From assembly GCA_963751455.1 (NCBI GenBank), contig CAVVUN010000009.1, forward strand, positions 352,001-416,000: a stretch of 64,000 nt of DNA. The letters are read 5' to 3'. Below, in pieces: positions 10,292 to 20,110 of this stretch. Source of the stretch: Nitrospirota bacterium. Lineage in GTDB: Bacteria; Nitrospirota; UBA9217. Under the pieces are notes generated by a model. It had not been told where the DNA came from. It worked only from the letters and a program-made list of their open reading frames with translations, and searched no databases. Each line of letters opens with the position of its first letter. The stretch's first letter is position 1. Both the position numbers and the translations under genes were made by a program.

Positions 10292-11941
10292 ATGGAAAAG
10301 AAAAAACCTCCGACAAAGTACATTTTCGTGACGGGCGGAGTCGTTTCATCGCTCGGCAAGGGGCTTGCGGCGGCGTCCATAGGCGCTCTGCTCGAGAGCA
10401 GGGGGGTAAAGGTTACCTTTCTCAAGCTTGATCCTTACATAAATGTCGACCCCGGCACCATGAGTCCGTTTCAGCACGGAGAGGTTTATGTAACAGATGA
10501 CGGCGCCGAGACCGACCTCGATCTCGGACATTACGAACGGTATACGAACGTCACGACCGGTCAGAAGAACAACTTTACTTCCGGCAGGATATATAACAAC
10601 GTAATCAGCAAGGAACGAAGAGGGGACTATCTGGGTGGAACGGTTCAGGTGGTACCGCACGTTACGGATGAAATCAAGCGCGCGATTACGGACCTCGCCG
10701 ACGATGAGGAGGTCGTGATCGTCGAGATCGGCGGGACCATCGGCGACATAGAAAGTCTTCCGTTTTTGGAAGCCATCAGGCAATTGAGATATAATCTCGG
10801 CCGGCAAAATGTCCTGTATGTCCATCTTACGCTGGTGCCGTTTATAAAAGCTGCGGATGAGCTTAAGACTAAACCAACCCAGCACAGCGTCAAGGAACTG
10901 CTGTCCATAGGGATCCAGCCGAACATTCTGGTTTGCCGGAGCGAACGGCCCATACCGAAGGAGATGAAACGGAAGATTGCGCTCTACTGCAATGTTGAAG
11001 AGAATGCCGTTATCACCGCACTGGACGTCGATACCATATACGAGGTACCGATCCACCTGCATGAGGAAGGGATCGATGACAGGATAGTCGAGTTGCTCAA
11101 TCTTACCGTATCGGACCACAACCTGAACGCATGGGAAACGATCGTCCAGCGCGTCAAGCACCCGTCAAAGAACGTTACTATAGCCCTTGTCGGGAAATAC
11201 GTTGATCTCAAAGAAGCATATAAAAGCCTGTGTGAAGCATTGACCCACGGCGGCATAGCGAACGAAGCCCGTGTCGCAATCAACTGGGTGGATTCTGAAG
11301 ACATCGAGAGCAGGGGCGCTGAAGAAATGCTGAAAGGCGCCGATGGTATTCTCGTACCGGGCGGGTTCGGAATACGCGGCGTGGAAGGTAAAATCGCGGC
11401 CGTTAAATACGCCCGGGAAAGAAAGATACCGTATTTCGGGATCTGTCTCGGAATGCAATGTGCGGTGATCGAAGCAGCCCGCAATCTTGCGGACATCAAG
11501 GATGCGAACAGTTCCGAATTTGATCAGCAGACTCCCAATCCCGTCATTTACCTGATCGAGCAGTGGTTCGATTACCGGACCCAGTCGGTTCAAAAACGCG
11601 ACACAAGCTGCGATAAAGGCGGGAGCATGCGCCTCGGTTCCTATCCATGCAACATAGAAAAGGGCACTAACGCTTATCGGGCATACGGGAAAAATGCTAT
11701 TACCGAACGGCATCGCCACCGCTACGAGTTCAATAACCGTTACACGGAAACATTAAAAAAGGCCGGACTCGTTATCAGCGGTATTTCTCCGGACGGCGAA
11801 CTGGTAGAGATCGTGGAATACAAGGAACATCCCTGGTTTCTCGGCTGTCAGTTCCATCCGGAATTCAAATCGAGACCGCGCAATCCTCATCCCTTGTTCA
11901 CGGCGTTCATCGATGCGGCGCTGAAGAATAAGAGAAAATAG
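10292..11941 (+). CDS. pyrG: CTP synthase
   Basis: [44 protein letters not shown] and QFHPEF motifs. Confidence 0.98.
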   Translation: MEKKKPPTKYIFVTGGVVSSLGKGLAAASIGALLESRGVKVTFLKLDPYINVDPGTMSPFQHGEVYVTDDGAETDLDLGHYERYTNVTTGQKNNFTSGRIYNNVISKERRGDYLGGTVQVVPHVTDEIKRAITDLADDEEVVIVEIGGTIGDIESLPFLEAIRQLRYNLGRQNVLYVHLTLVPFIKAADELKTKPTQHSVKELLSIGIQPNILVCRSERPIPKEMKRKIALYCNVEENAVITALDVDTIYEVPIHLHEEGIDDRIVELLNLTVSDHNLNAWETIVQRVKHPSKNVTIALVGKYVDLKEAYKSLCEALTHGGIANEARVAINWVDSEDIESRGAEEMLKGADGILVPGGFGIRGVEGKIAAVKYARERKIPYFGICLGMQCAVIEAARNLADIKDANSSEFDQQTPNPVIYLIEQWFDYRTQSVQKRDTSCDKGGSMRLGSYPCNIEKGTNAYRAYGKNAITERHRHRYEFNNRYTETLKKAGLVISGISPDGELVEIVEYKEHPWFLGCQFHPEFKSRPRNPHPLFTAFIDAALKNKRK

Positions 11942-12064
11942 TTTGTTTAGTTAGTTTGGTTTTTTTAGTTTCTTTGGTTTGTTTAGTTTCTTTTCGTTTC
12001 TTTGGTTTGTTTAGTTTCTCTAGCTTAAGGATAACGAAATAAACCAAACAAACAAGACAAACCG
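11941..12064. repeat. 9-nt-period inverted repeat element
   Basis: GTTTGTTTAGTTAGTTTGG... arm then AACGAAATAAACCAAACAAAC... arm, between pyrG and kdsA. Confidence 0.88.
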
Positions 12065-12083
12065 TTTTTTAAAGGCAATTAAT

Positions 12084-12908
12084 TTGACAAAGGAAATTCG
12101 CTTAAAAAATATCACGATCGGCGGCAATAATCCGCTCGTCTTGATCGCCGGGCCTTGCGTGATAGAATCCGAAGGAGCTGCGCTTGAAGCAGCAGCCAGG
12201 CTCAAGCGGATAACGGACGAGCTCGGCATACCGTTTATCTTCAAGTCATCCTTCGACAAGGCAAACCGCAGTTCCTTGAAGTCCTATCGCGGCCCGGGCA
12301 TGACCGAAGGCCTGAGGATACTTGCGCGCGTTGGAAGGGAATTGGACGTGCCGCTCCTGTCCGATGTCCACCGTTTCGAAGAGATAGGACCGTCATCCGA
12401 GGTTCTTGATATCCTCCAGATCCCGGCATTTTTATGCCGGCAGACTGATTTCGTTATGGATGTGGCGAAGACGGGCCGGATAGTCAATATCAAGAAAGGG
12501 CAGTTTCTTTCCCCGTGGGACATAAAAAATGCAGCTGAAAAAGCAGCGTCAACAGGCAACGATAAGATCATCATCACCGAACGCGGAGTTTCATTCGGGT
12601 ATAATAACCTCATCGCCGACATGCGCTCGCTGCCTATAATACGCGACGCGGGTTATCCCGTGGTATTCGACGCTACTCATTCGGTTCAGTTGCCCGGCGC
12701 AGCCGGAACGGCTTCGTCCGGTGACCGGAAATTCGTACCCTACCTCACCAGAGCGGCAACGGCCGCCGGCATTGATGCGTTGTTCATGGAAGTGCATGCC
12801 TGTCCGGACAAGGCGCTCTGCGACGGGCCGAACATGCTCGCACTGGACCAGCTTCCTGGACTCCTTAAGCAGGTGCGGGAAATAGACAGGATTGTAAAAT
12901 CACTCTAG
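12084..12908 (+). CDS. kdsA: 3-deoxy-8-phosphooctulonate synthase
   Basis: IAGPCVIES, KSSFDKANRSS, QIPAFLCRQTD and FDATHSVQ.PG motifs. Confidence 0.97.
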   Translation: MTKEIRLKNITIGGNNPLVLIAGPCVIESEGAALEAAARLKRITDELGIPFIFKSSFDKANRSSLKSYRGPGMTEGLRILARVGRELDVPLLSDVHRFEEIGPSSEVLDILQIPAFLCRQTDFVMDVAKTGRIVNIKKGQFLSPWDIKNAAEKAASTGNDKIIITERGVSFGYNNLIADMRSLPIIRDAGYPVVFDATHSVQLPGAAGTASSGDRKFVPYLTRAATAAGIDALFMEVHACPDKALCDGPNMLALDQLPGLLKQVREIDRIVKSL

Positions 12909-12993
12909 TTCAGAGAGTTTGTTTAGTTTTTTTGGTTTCTTTGGTTTAGAACCAGATAAGCCAAATAAACCAGACAAACGACATAAACCAAAA
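12906..12993. repeat. 9-nt-period inverted repeat element
   Basis: AGTTTGTTTAGTTTTTTTGGTTTCTTTGGTTT then AACCAGATAAGCCAAATAAACCAGACAAAC, between kdsA and kdsD. Confidence 0.88.
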
Positions 12994-12994
12994 C

Positions 12995-13966
12995 ATGACA
13001 ATAGAACAGGCAAAAAAAGTTCTCCGGATTGAAGCGGATGCAGTCGCTGCGCTTATTGACCGGGTCGATTACCGGTTTGAATTGGCCGTAAAGATGATTC
13101 TGAACTGCAACGGCCGGGTCGTGGTGACGGGCATGGGCAAGTCGGGCCTGATAGGCAAAAAGATAGCGGCGACTCTGGCGTCCACGGGCACGCCCGCGCT
13201 CTTTCTCCATCCTGCAGAGGGAATCCACGGAGACCTTGGTATGGTTACGAGGGGAGATACCGTGATTGCCCTTTCGAACAGCGGCGAGACCGAGGAGATT
13301 GCGAGGATGTTGCCTTCCCTCAAGCGGCTGGGCATAAAAATCATTTGTTTTACCGGCAATACCGAATCAACTCTTTCAAAAAACAGCGACGTCGTAATAG
13401 ACGTCGGAGTTAAGGAGGAAGCCTGCCCGCTGGGGCTGGCGCCGACTGCGAGTACTACGGCTACCCTGGCGATGGGAGACGCATTGGCTGTGGCGCTTCT
13501 TGCACAGAGAGGTTTCAAGGAAGAAGATTTTGCCTGCTTTCATCCGGGCGGCACTCTCGGAAAAAAACTGCTTCTCAGGGTACGGGACCTTATGCATATA
13601 GGTGACGAGATTCCTGTTGTTTCGGAAGGGACTCTGATCAAAGACGCAATCTACGAAATATCTTCAAAAAAAATGGGGATCACCGCGGTATTGGACGGAA
13701 CAGGAAGCCTTGTCGGCGTCATCTCCGATGGAGATCTCCGTCGGTGGATGGAGAAGACGGAAAAGAGCGGCGAGAATCTTCTGACCAAAAAGGCAAAGGA
13801 CATCATGACCACAAAGCCGAAAGTCGCCAACAAGGACTCCCTGGCGGCAGAAGCTGTTGCAATCATGGAAAATAATTCTATCACGTGCCTTATTGTATCC
13901 GACGGCAGCGCCAAACCGGAAGGGGTCATCCATTTGCATGATCTTCTGAAGGCGGGAGTGGTTTGA
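12995..13966 (+). CDS. kdsD: Arabinose-5-phosphate isomerase (KpsF/GutQ family, SIS plus CBS domains)
   Basis: GMGKSG.IG.KIAATLASTGTP, HGDLG, EACPLGLAPTASTT and FHPGG.LG motifs. Confidence 0.95.
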   Translation: MTIEQAKKVLRIEADAVAALIDRVDYRFELAVKMILNCNGRVVVTGMGKSGLIGKKIAATLASTGTPALFLHPAEGIHGDLGMVTRGDTVIALSNSGETEEIARMLPSLKRLGIKIICFTGNTESTLSKNSDVVIDVGVKEEACPLGLAPTASTTATLAMGDALAVALLAQRGFKEEDFACFHPGGTLGKKLLLRVRDLMHIGDEIPVVSEGTLIKDAIYEISSKKMGITAVLDGTGSLVGVISDGDLRRWMEKTEKSGENLLTKKAKDIMTTKPKVANKDSLAAEAVAIMENNSITCLIVSDGSAKPEGVIHLHDLLKAGVV

Positions 13967-13968
13967 TA

Positions 13969-14024
13969 TGGAGCGAGCCGACCGCGTCGGCGTAAAAATA
14001 CGGCAACACGGTTGCCTTGGTCCA
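13969..14024. repeat. REP/REPIN-like palindrome pair upstream of the RAYT-like gene
   Basis: TGGA-gcga-GCCGAC cgc GTCGGC ... GGCAAC acg GTTGCC-ttgg-TCCA. Confidence 0.75.
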
Positions 14025-14035
14025 AAATATAATGT

Positions 14036-14578
14036 ATGGAAAAATATAAGACGTACGCTCATACGCTGCCTCATTTATATCGTGCTAATGCTAAATATTT
14101 TATAACTGCATCAACATACGAAAAAAAGAAGATTTTTGACAATGCTGCCAAAGAGAAATAGTTATCTTGTCTACTCAAAGCCTGTTTGAACCAGGGATGG
14201 GAGCTTGAAGATTGGGTCATTCTTGATAATCATTACCATATAATGGTAAACGGACCTGGCAATGAAATATTTCTTTCGAAGTTTATCGCTGAATACCATA
14301 AATTTACGGCTTTGTTTATGAAGAAAAATTATGCCGAGCTGGCAAAACTGCCAAAGGTTTTTAACAATTATTGGGATACGTGTATTACGTATGAAAGATC
14401 ATATTTTGCCAGGTTGAATTATCTATACAATAATCCTGTTAAACATGGATATGTACGGAAGGCACATGATTATGAATGGGGCAGTTTCTTTATCAGATAT
14501 AACGAAGATGAACTTTCTATAGATAAGCTGCTGAATCAGTTTCCTTGTGATACGGTTAACATAGAAGACGATTTTTAA
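14036..14578 (+). pseudogene. REP-associated (Y1/HUH) tyrosine transposase-like gene with an in-frame TAG at 14159-14161
   Basis: The ATG at 14036 is in frame with ORF 14186..14578; YFITASTY, WVILDNHYH (HUH) and YLYNNPVKHGYV..DYEWGS motifs; one premature stop. Confidence 0.8.
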
Positions 14579-14581
14579 TAA

Positions 14582-14605
14582 CGGCAACATGGTTGCCTTG
14601 GTCCA
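14582..14605. repeat. REP-like palindrome downstream of the RAYT-like gene
   Basis: CGGCAAC atg GTTGCC TTGGTCCA, a near-identical direct copy of 14001-14024. Confidence 0.8.
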
Positions 14606-14610
14606 TAAAA

Positions 14611-15129
14611 ATGAAAAAATCAACCCAGAGCCTTCGAACGAAGGCGAAACAAATAAAACTTATCCTGCTTGACGTCGACGGAGTGATGACGGACGGAAGC
14701 ATCATTCTCGACAACCAGGGTAATGAAATGAAGGCGTTTCACGTGCGGGACGGCCGGGGCGTTAAACTGGCTCAAAAAGCCGGCATACTGTTCGGGATTA
14801 TTACCGGCAGATCGTCGGAAGTCGTAAACGTTCGTGCCCGCGAACTGGGCATAACCGACGTCTTTCAAGGCGCGCAGGACAAAATTACGGCATATGAGTC
14901 ACTGCTTGCGAAGTATAAACTTCGCGACGCAGAAGTGGCCTATATAGGGGATGACGACATCGACGTGTCTATCTTCAAAAGAGTGGGACTTGCCGCCACG
15001 GTAGCCGACGCGGACCCCTCCGTTAAGCCGCATGTGGACATGGTAACAAAGGCAGCCGGCGGCAGAGGCGCGGTGCGTGAAGTGATAAACCTTGTCCTCG
15101 AAAGTCAGCGTAAATTGCGGGCGTCATGA
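14611..15129 (+). CDS. kdsC: KDO 8-phosphate phosphatase (HAD family)
   Basis: LLDVDGVMTDG, F.VRDG.G, ITGR, YIGDD.ID and GG.GAVRE motifs. Confidence 0.93.
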   Translation: MKKSTQSLRTKAKQIKLILLDVDGVMTDGSIILDNQGNEMKAFHVRDGRGVKLAQKAGILFGIITGRSSEVVNVRARELGITDVFQGAQDKITAYESLLAKYKLRDAEVAYIGDDDIDVSIFKRVGLAATVADADPSVKPHVDMVTKAAGGRGAVREVINLVLESQRKLRAS

Positions 15130-16025
15130 ACAGGTGGGCGGTTAAAACCAGGAAAAAGCTGAACAGGGTCTCTGTTCTCTGGTCTGCCAGGCTCGTCTTG
15201 ATGTTGTCGAAATTGCTGCCGTACCGTCTGGGAGTAAGAGCAGGCGGTTGTCTGGGCTGGGTCGGATACTACCTGATCCATCGTGAAAGAACAAGGGCGC
15301 TCATACACCTCCGGTCAGCATTCCCGGACAAGAGTGAAGCCTGGATACGCCGTACAGCGCGCCGCTGCTTCATGCATCTCGGGAAATCCGTTCTCGAAAT
15401 GACGCTCATGTCTCCGGTCCGGCTTGCGAAGGCATCCACGCTGGAGGGCGCCGAAAATCTTGAACGGGCATTCAGCCGGGGAAAGGGCGTCATTTACTTT
15501 ACCGGGCACGTCGGAAACTGGGAATTGTCGGGCGGCGTGCTCGCATCAAGATATCCTTTGAGCGTCGTAGCTGCTCCTCTTGATCCCGAGCCGTTAAATG
15601 ACCTGATCTTAAAACTTCGGAGCAGGATCGGGATCAGGGTCATCCTTCGGGGCAGGCCCGGGGCATCCCGGGAGCTGATACGCGTTTTCAGGGAGAACAG
15701 GATCCTCGGGCTGCTCATCGACCAGGACACGGATGTTGACGGAACGTTCGTTGATTTCATGGGAAGGCCTGCCTGGACGCCGACTGCGGCCGCCTCAATG
15801 GCGATAAAATTCGATGCGCCGGTGGTTTTCGGCTACGCCCAACGCGGCAAAGATAACAATCATACGATAACGATAGAAGGGCCGCTCGAACTGGTCCGGA
15901 CCGGCAATGACGAGCAGGATATAATCACCAACACGGCGCTGTTCACAAAAAAAATAGAAAACTCTATCATGCGGAACCCCGAGCAATGGGTGTGGATGCA
16001 CCGGCGGTGGAGGAGAATGCCTTGA
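15126..16025 (+). CDS. Lipid A biosynthesis acyltransferase (LpxL/HtrB family)
   Basis: TGHVGNWE, LIDQD..FVDFMG and PEQWVWMHRRW motifs. Confidence 0.88.
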   Translation: MNRWAVKTRKKLNRVSVLWSARLVLMLSKLLPYRLGVRAGGCLGWVGYYLIHRERTRALIHLRSAFPDKSEAWIRRTARRCFMHLGKSVLEMTLMSPVRLAKASTLEGAENLERAFSRGKGVIYFTGHVGNWELSGGVLASRYPLSVVAAPLDPEPLNDLILKLRSRIGIRVILRGRPGASRELIRVFRENRILGLLIDQDTDVDGTFVDFMGRPAWTPTAAASMAIKFDAPVVFGYAQRGKDNNHTITIEGPLELVRTGNDEQDIITNTALFTKKIENSIMRNPEQWVWMHRRWRRMP

Positions 16026-16576
16026 AAATATTTAACGTACCGAATCTTTTGTCGATCAGCAGAATACTGTCCGTGCCGATATTTATCTCGCTGATGCTCG
16101 AGCCGAATCCCGTACGGGCGCTTCTTGCAGGAATTGTTTTTTCTCTGGCCTCCGCAACGGACTGGCTGGACGGATACCTGGCGCGAAAATGGGGGCAGGT
16201 CACCAAGATCGGCAAGCTGCTGGACCCGATCGCGGACAAAATCCTGATCATGTCCGCTTTGGTCATCCTCGTTGAAATCCGGTCCGATGTGGTCCATGCC
16301 TGGATAGCGATCATTATCATCGGCAGGGAATTTGCGGTCACCGGCCTCCGTGCGATCGCATCGAGCGAGGGAATCATAATCCCTGCTGAGACTGTAGGCA
16401 AATACAAGGTGGGAGCGCAGATTACCGCGGTGCTTTCGCTTCTTCTCGATTATTATCTGGATAAAGGCTGGGTAACGGACGTCGGAAGGGTCGCCCTCTG
16501 GGTGGCGATGATTCTTGCCGTTTACTCCGCCGTCCAGTATTTCAGATCGTACTGGAGTAAGTTAAATAACCGGTGA
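16022..16576 (+). CDS. pgsA: CDP-diacylglycerol--glycerol-3-phosphate 3-phosphatidyltransferase
   Basis: NVPNLLSISR, TDWLDGYLARK..QVT..GKLLDPIADK and REFAVTGLR motifs; TTG start at 16022. Confidence 0.93.
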   Translation: MKIFNVPNLLSISRILSVPIFISLMLEPNPVRALLAGIVFSLASATDWLDGYLARKWGQVTKIGKLLDPIADKILIMSALVILVEIRSDVVHAWIAIIIIGREFAVTGLRAIASSEGIIIPAETVGKYKVGAQITAVLSLLLDYYLDKGWVTDVGRVALWVAMILAVYSAVQYFRSYWSKLNNR

Positions 16577-16595
16577 TTTGCGAACCATAGAACTT

Positions 16596-16712
16596 GTTTA
16601 TTTAGTTTGTCTTGTTTGTCGGGTTTATCTGGTTTGAAACCAAAGAAACTAAACAAACCAAATGAACTAAACAAACCCAACAAACCAAACAAACGAAACA
16701 AACCAAATGAAC
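16596..16712. repeat. 9-nt-period inverted repeat element overlapping the plsY start
   Basis: GTTTATTTAGTTTGTCTTGTTTGTCGGGTTTATCTGGTTT then AAACCAAAGAAACTAAACAAACCAAATGAAC... Confidence 0.9.
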
Positions 16713-17306
16713 TTCTTCTATCAACCCCTTGCCGTCATCATTTCCTATCTTATCGGAAGCACTCCGTTCGGTGTCATTTTCACGAGATTCTTTTCGGATA
16801 TCGACGTCAGGACCGTGGGAAGCGGCAATATCGGAGCAACGAATGTCCTGCGGGCCGCAGGGAAAAAGGCGGCCATACTTACTTTACTCTCTGACTGTCT
16901 GAAAGGTGTGATTCCGGTTCTTGTGGTCAAGACCCTTTTACAGGATGATTGGACAACGGTTGCCTCTGGGGCGGCCGCTGTTTTGGGTCATAATTTCCCC
17001 ATTTATCTCAAGTTTAAAGGAGGGAAGGGCGTGGCAACAAGCTACGGAGTAGTCCTTGCCATAGTTCCCAAAATAGGCGTTATCTGTCTGGTCGCATGGC
17101 TGGCTGCCGCTCTTGTCTGGCGTTATTCGTCCCTGTCCGCGCTTGCTTCCTTCGCGCTCTTTCCGCTACTGACCTTCATCACTTTCCCTGAATCCAAGCC
17201 GCTCGGTCTTCTATCTCTCTTCGTATTCGGCATGATCTATTACCGGCACCGGGAAAACATCAAGCGACTTATCGCAGGGACGGAGCCGAAGATAGGAAAG
17301 AAATAA
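16707..17306 (+). CDS. plsY: Glycerol-3-phosphate acyltransferase
   Basis: SYLIGS.PFG, GSGNIGATNVLR, GHNFPIYLKFKGGKGVAT and RHRENIKRL motifs. Confidence 0.95.
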   Translation: MNFFYQPLAVIISYLIGSTPFGVIFTRFFSDIDVRTVGSGNIGATNVLRAAGKKAAILTLLSDCLKGVIPVLVVKTLLQDDWTTVASGAAAVLGHNFPIYLKFKGGKGVATSYGVVLAIVPKIGVICLVAWLAAALVWRYSSLSALASFALFPLLTFITFPESKPLGLLSLFVFGMIYYRHRENIKRLIAGTEPKIGKK

Positions 17307-17314
17307 CGGTTTAT

Positions 17315-17446
17315 AATCGCCATTTCGGTCCGACGGTAACGAAGCCCGTATCGTGGAACGTCAGACGGTAACGTAAAAGACCTCATATACGACAACCGTA
17401 ACCAAAAACCAAAAGGGGCATCGTAACCCTAACCTTTTAAACCCGG
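17315..17446 (+). repeat. Dispersed CCCGTATCGT family copy directly upstream of four-helix-bundle gene 1
   Basis: ACGAAGCCCGTATCGTGGAA ... GACCTCA...ACGACAACCGTAACCAAAAACCAAAAGGGGCATCGTAACC..CCTTTTAAACC. Confidence 0.88.
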
Positions 17447-17767
17447 CATACGTTCTCAAACTTGAGGGCAAAATGGTTGACACTAAAAAGCGCATAACGA
17501 GTTTTCGTGATTTAGAAGTTTACCAAAGCACGTATTCGATTTGTATAAAAGTAATGACTGAATTGCTGCCTAAATTGCCAGATATGGAAAAATACGATTT
17601 AAGAGACCAATTAAGCAGATCATCGAAAGCCATCCCCAGGCTAATCGCGGAAGGATATGGGAAACGGCATCAAAAAGCCGGGTTTCAAAAATATCTTGAT
17701 GATGCCATGGCAGAATGCAACGAAACCATGGTAGGTTTGGAAATGTGTCGCGATATTTATAAAAAAC

Positions 17768-19098
17768 CAGTAGTGTCCGGTTATCGTTTTTTTAATGTGC
17801 GATAACTCGCTGTCATTCAAAGATAAAAGAGACTGTATGCAACTTTTCGATTTGAACTTAATTTATCCAGAATCATCCTATAATCCACCTCATCTATGCA
17901 TGAGGAGGGACGAAGATGAATTCCGGAAAGACGGTTTTTGCTCAGCTGATCCAGCATCTACCACGGTACGAGTTCAACCAATGCGTCCTTCGTTATCACG
18001 GCAATCACAAAGTCAGAAGCTTTTCATGCATGGATCAGTTTCTCTGCATGGCATTTGCCCAGCTGACCTATCGCGAAAGCTTGCGCGATATTGTAACGTG
18101 TCTCAACTCCCATCGACCAAAGCTTTACCACATGGGCTTTCGAGGGAAGGTCGCCAAATCCACGTTGGCGGACGCCAACGAGCTTCGAGACTTCCGCATC
18201 TATCAGGACTTCGGCTATTTGCTCATCGACATCGCCAGCAAACTTTATCGGAACGAGGAGTTTGGCCTCGACCTGAAGCTCTCGGTCTTTGCGCTGGACT
18301 CAACGATCATCGATCTTTGCCTTTCCACGTTCCCTTGGGCGACGTTTCGGAAAAAGAAAGCAGCCGTCAAGATTCACACTTTGCTCAACGTGCAGGGATC
18401 GATTCCAACCTTTATTTTCGTGACTCCCGGCAGCGTTCACGATGTCAATATGATGGATACTGTCCCGTTCGAAGCCGAATCGGTCTATACAATGGATCGC
18501 GCTTACCTCGACTTCGAGCGACTTTACCAAATCGATCAACTGTCCGCGTTCTTCGTTATCAAGAGCAAAAGCAATACCCGGCTTCGTCGCGTCTACTCTG
18601 CTCCCGTGGACAAAGCCGACGGGGTGCAAGCCGATCAGACGGTTATGCTCATTGGCTACAAATCCCGCAAGGCTTATCCAGATCCATTTCGTCGGGTGCG
18701 CTATTACGACACCGAACGAAACAAACGCTTGGTGGTTCTTACGAACAATTTCCTTATCCCGGCCAAAACAGTCGCGGATATTTATCGCTCGCGTTGGCAG
18801 GTAGAGCTGTTCTTCAAGTGGATCAAGCAACACTTGCGGATCAAGTCGTTCTTCGGGACATCTCCGAATGCGGTCAAGATCCAAATCTGGATTGCCGTAA
18901 GCGTTTATCTCCTCGTGGCGATTGTCAAGAAGAGATTGAATCTGCCCGGCAGCCTCCACACAATTCTACAGATTTTGGAGGTCAACCTTTTTGAGAAAAT
19001 ACCGATTTCTCAACTGGTTGAAGACACTATCAATCACGAAAACGAATATCGCGACGATAACCAATTGAATCTATTTACGTAACAACCGGACACTACTG
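17768..19098 (+). mobile_element. IS4-family insertion sequence
   Basis: IRs CAGTAGTGTCCGGTT / AACCGGACACTACTG; 9-bp TSD ATAAAAAAC at 17759-17767 and 19099-19107. Confidence 0.95.
17916..19082 (+). CDS. IS4-family DDE transposase (DUF4372 N-terminus)
   Basis: MNSGKTVFAQL, FAQLTYRESLRDI, ALDSTII, MDRAY and Y..RWQVELFFKWIKQHL motifs. Confidence 0.95.
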   Translation: MNSGKTVFAQLIQHLPRYEFNQCVLRYHGNHKVRSFSCMDQFLCMAFAQLTYRESLRDIVTCLNSHRPKLYHMGFRGKVAKSTLADANELRDFRIYQDFGYLLIDIASKLYRNEEFGLDLKLSVFALDSTIIDLCLSTFPWATFRKKKAAVKIHTLLNVQGSIPTFIFVTPGSVHDVNMMDTVPFEAESVYTMDRAYLDFERLYQIDQLSAFFVIKSKSNTRLRRVYSAPVDKADGVQADQTVMLIGYKSRKAYPDPFRRVRYYDTERNKRLVVLTNNFLIPAKTVADIYRSRWQVELFFKWIKQHLRIKSFFGTSPNAVKIQIWIAVSVYLLVAIVKKRLNLPGSLHTILQILEVNLFEKIPISQLVEDTINHENEYRDDNQLNLFT

Positions 19099-19212
19099 AT
19101 AAAAAACATATAATAGGCTTCCCAATCGATGAAACGATAGATCTCTACGACAAGGCAGGCAGACAAATATATAATCTTGCCAAAGCGTGGTCGCAGTTTA
19201 AGCGCGAAACCA

Positions 19213-19843
19213 GTAACCAAAAACCGAAACCGGCATCGTAACCTTTCAAACCGGTCATCGTCTGTTGGTGACGAAACCCGTATCGTGGAAAGCGACCTCA
19301 AACACGACAACCGTAACCAAAAACCGAAACGGGCATCGTAACCTTTTAAACCGGTCATCGTCTGTTGGTGACGAAACCCGTATCGTGGAAAGCGACCTCA
19401 AACACGACAACCGTAACCGAAAACCGAAACGGGCATCGTAACCTTTTAAACCGGTCATCGTCTGTTGGTGACGAAACCCGTATCGTGGAAAGCGACCTCA
19501 AACACGACAACCGTAACCAAAAAAACCGAAACGGGCATCGTAACCTTTTAAACCGGTCATCGTCTGTTGGTGACGAAACCCGTATCGTGGAAAGCGACCT
19601 CAAACACGACAACCCTAACCAAAAACCAAAACAGGCATCGTAACCTTTTAAACCGGTCATCGTCTGTTGGTGACGAAACCCGTATCGTGGAAAGCGACCT
19701 CAAACACGACAACCGTAACCAAAAAAACCGAAACGGGCATCGTAACCTTTTAAACCGGTCATCGTCTGTTGGTGACGAAACCCGTATCGTGGAAAGCGAC
19801 CTCAAACACGACAACCCTAACCAAAAACCAAAACAGGCATCGT
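19213..19843 (+). repeat. Tandem array of 100/102-bp units (6 full and 1 partial)
   Basis: Units start at 19213, 19313, 19413, 19513, 19615, 19715 and 19817; near-identical with no unique spacers. Confidence 0.97.
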
Positions 19844-20110
19844 TGTACGGGACAAGGAACCGCGGGTTGAATCCGAAATTATCGATATCTTTGTAGATGA
19901 AGAGATGGAAAGCGCTGGAAAGCGGAACATCATTCACTCCGGTCATAAAAGATATCAGGGCTTTCGAATTGGAAGAGAAATTTCACACCCCGTTTTACGA
20001 AAACATCTCCAAGGAAGGGGTGCCGCTATGACCCTGGAACCAAAGGACAAAAGATCACTGTTTGGTGATATCGAAGAACAGCATGGTTACTCTTGAAGAC
20101 GCAAAAGACG
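19839..20110 (+). pseudogene. Remnant of a nucleotidyltransferase (MNT)-HEPN pair
   Basis: IVVRDKEPRVESEIIDIFVDEEMES(GTS)FTPVIKD..TPFYENISKEGVPL*, with a ~10-bp duplication at 19906-19924 shifting the frame; ATGA-coupled MTLEPKDKRSL..LEDAK follows. Confidence 0.65.

Larger units (their letters stand above)
17473..19241 (+). pseudogene. Four-helix-bundle protein 1 (23S rRNA-IVP/TIGR02436-like) split by an IS4 element
   Basis: ITSFRDLEVYQ..EKYDLRDQL.RSS..IP.LIAEGYG..S/A.AE motifs. Removing the IS and one TSD restores the frame ...DIYKKHIIGFPIDETIDLYDKAGRQIYNLAKAWSQFKRETSNQKPKPAS*. Confidence 0.88.

Noticed and set aside
14159-14161. Pyrrolysine readthrough of the TAG in the RAYT-like gene
   Set aside because: No pyl genes are visible; a single nonsense change such as TTG to TAG is simpler
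16607-16894. ORF with KPN repeats, and the NQT-repeat extension of lipA to 56133
   Set aside because: By-products of the 9-nt repeat; the first overlaps plsY in another frame, and lipA homology starts near 56040
17795-18994. 399-aa ORF overlapping the IS4 transposase, and other long shadow ORFs (e.g. 56377-57441, 48616-49485, 63345-63986)
   Set aside because: Alternative or antisense frames of well-supported genes, with no recognisable motifs
19213-19843. CRISPR array
   Set aside because: Units are near-identical over their full ~100 bp with no unique spacers, and no cas genes are in the window
19071-19946. ORFs on both strands of the tandem array
   Set aside because: They are repetitive translations broken by the 100-bp period, with no RBS or family motifs
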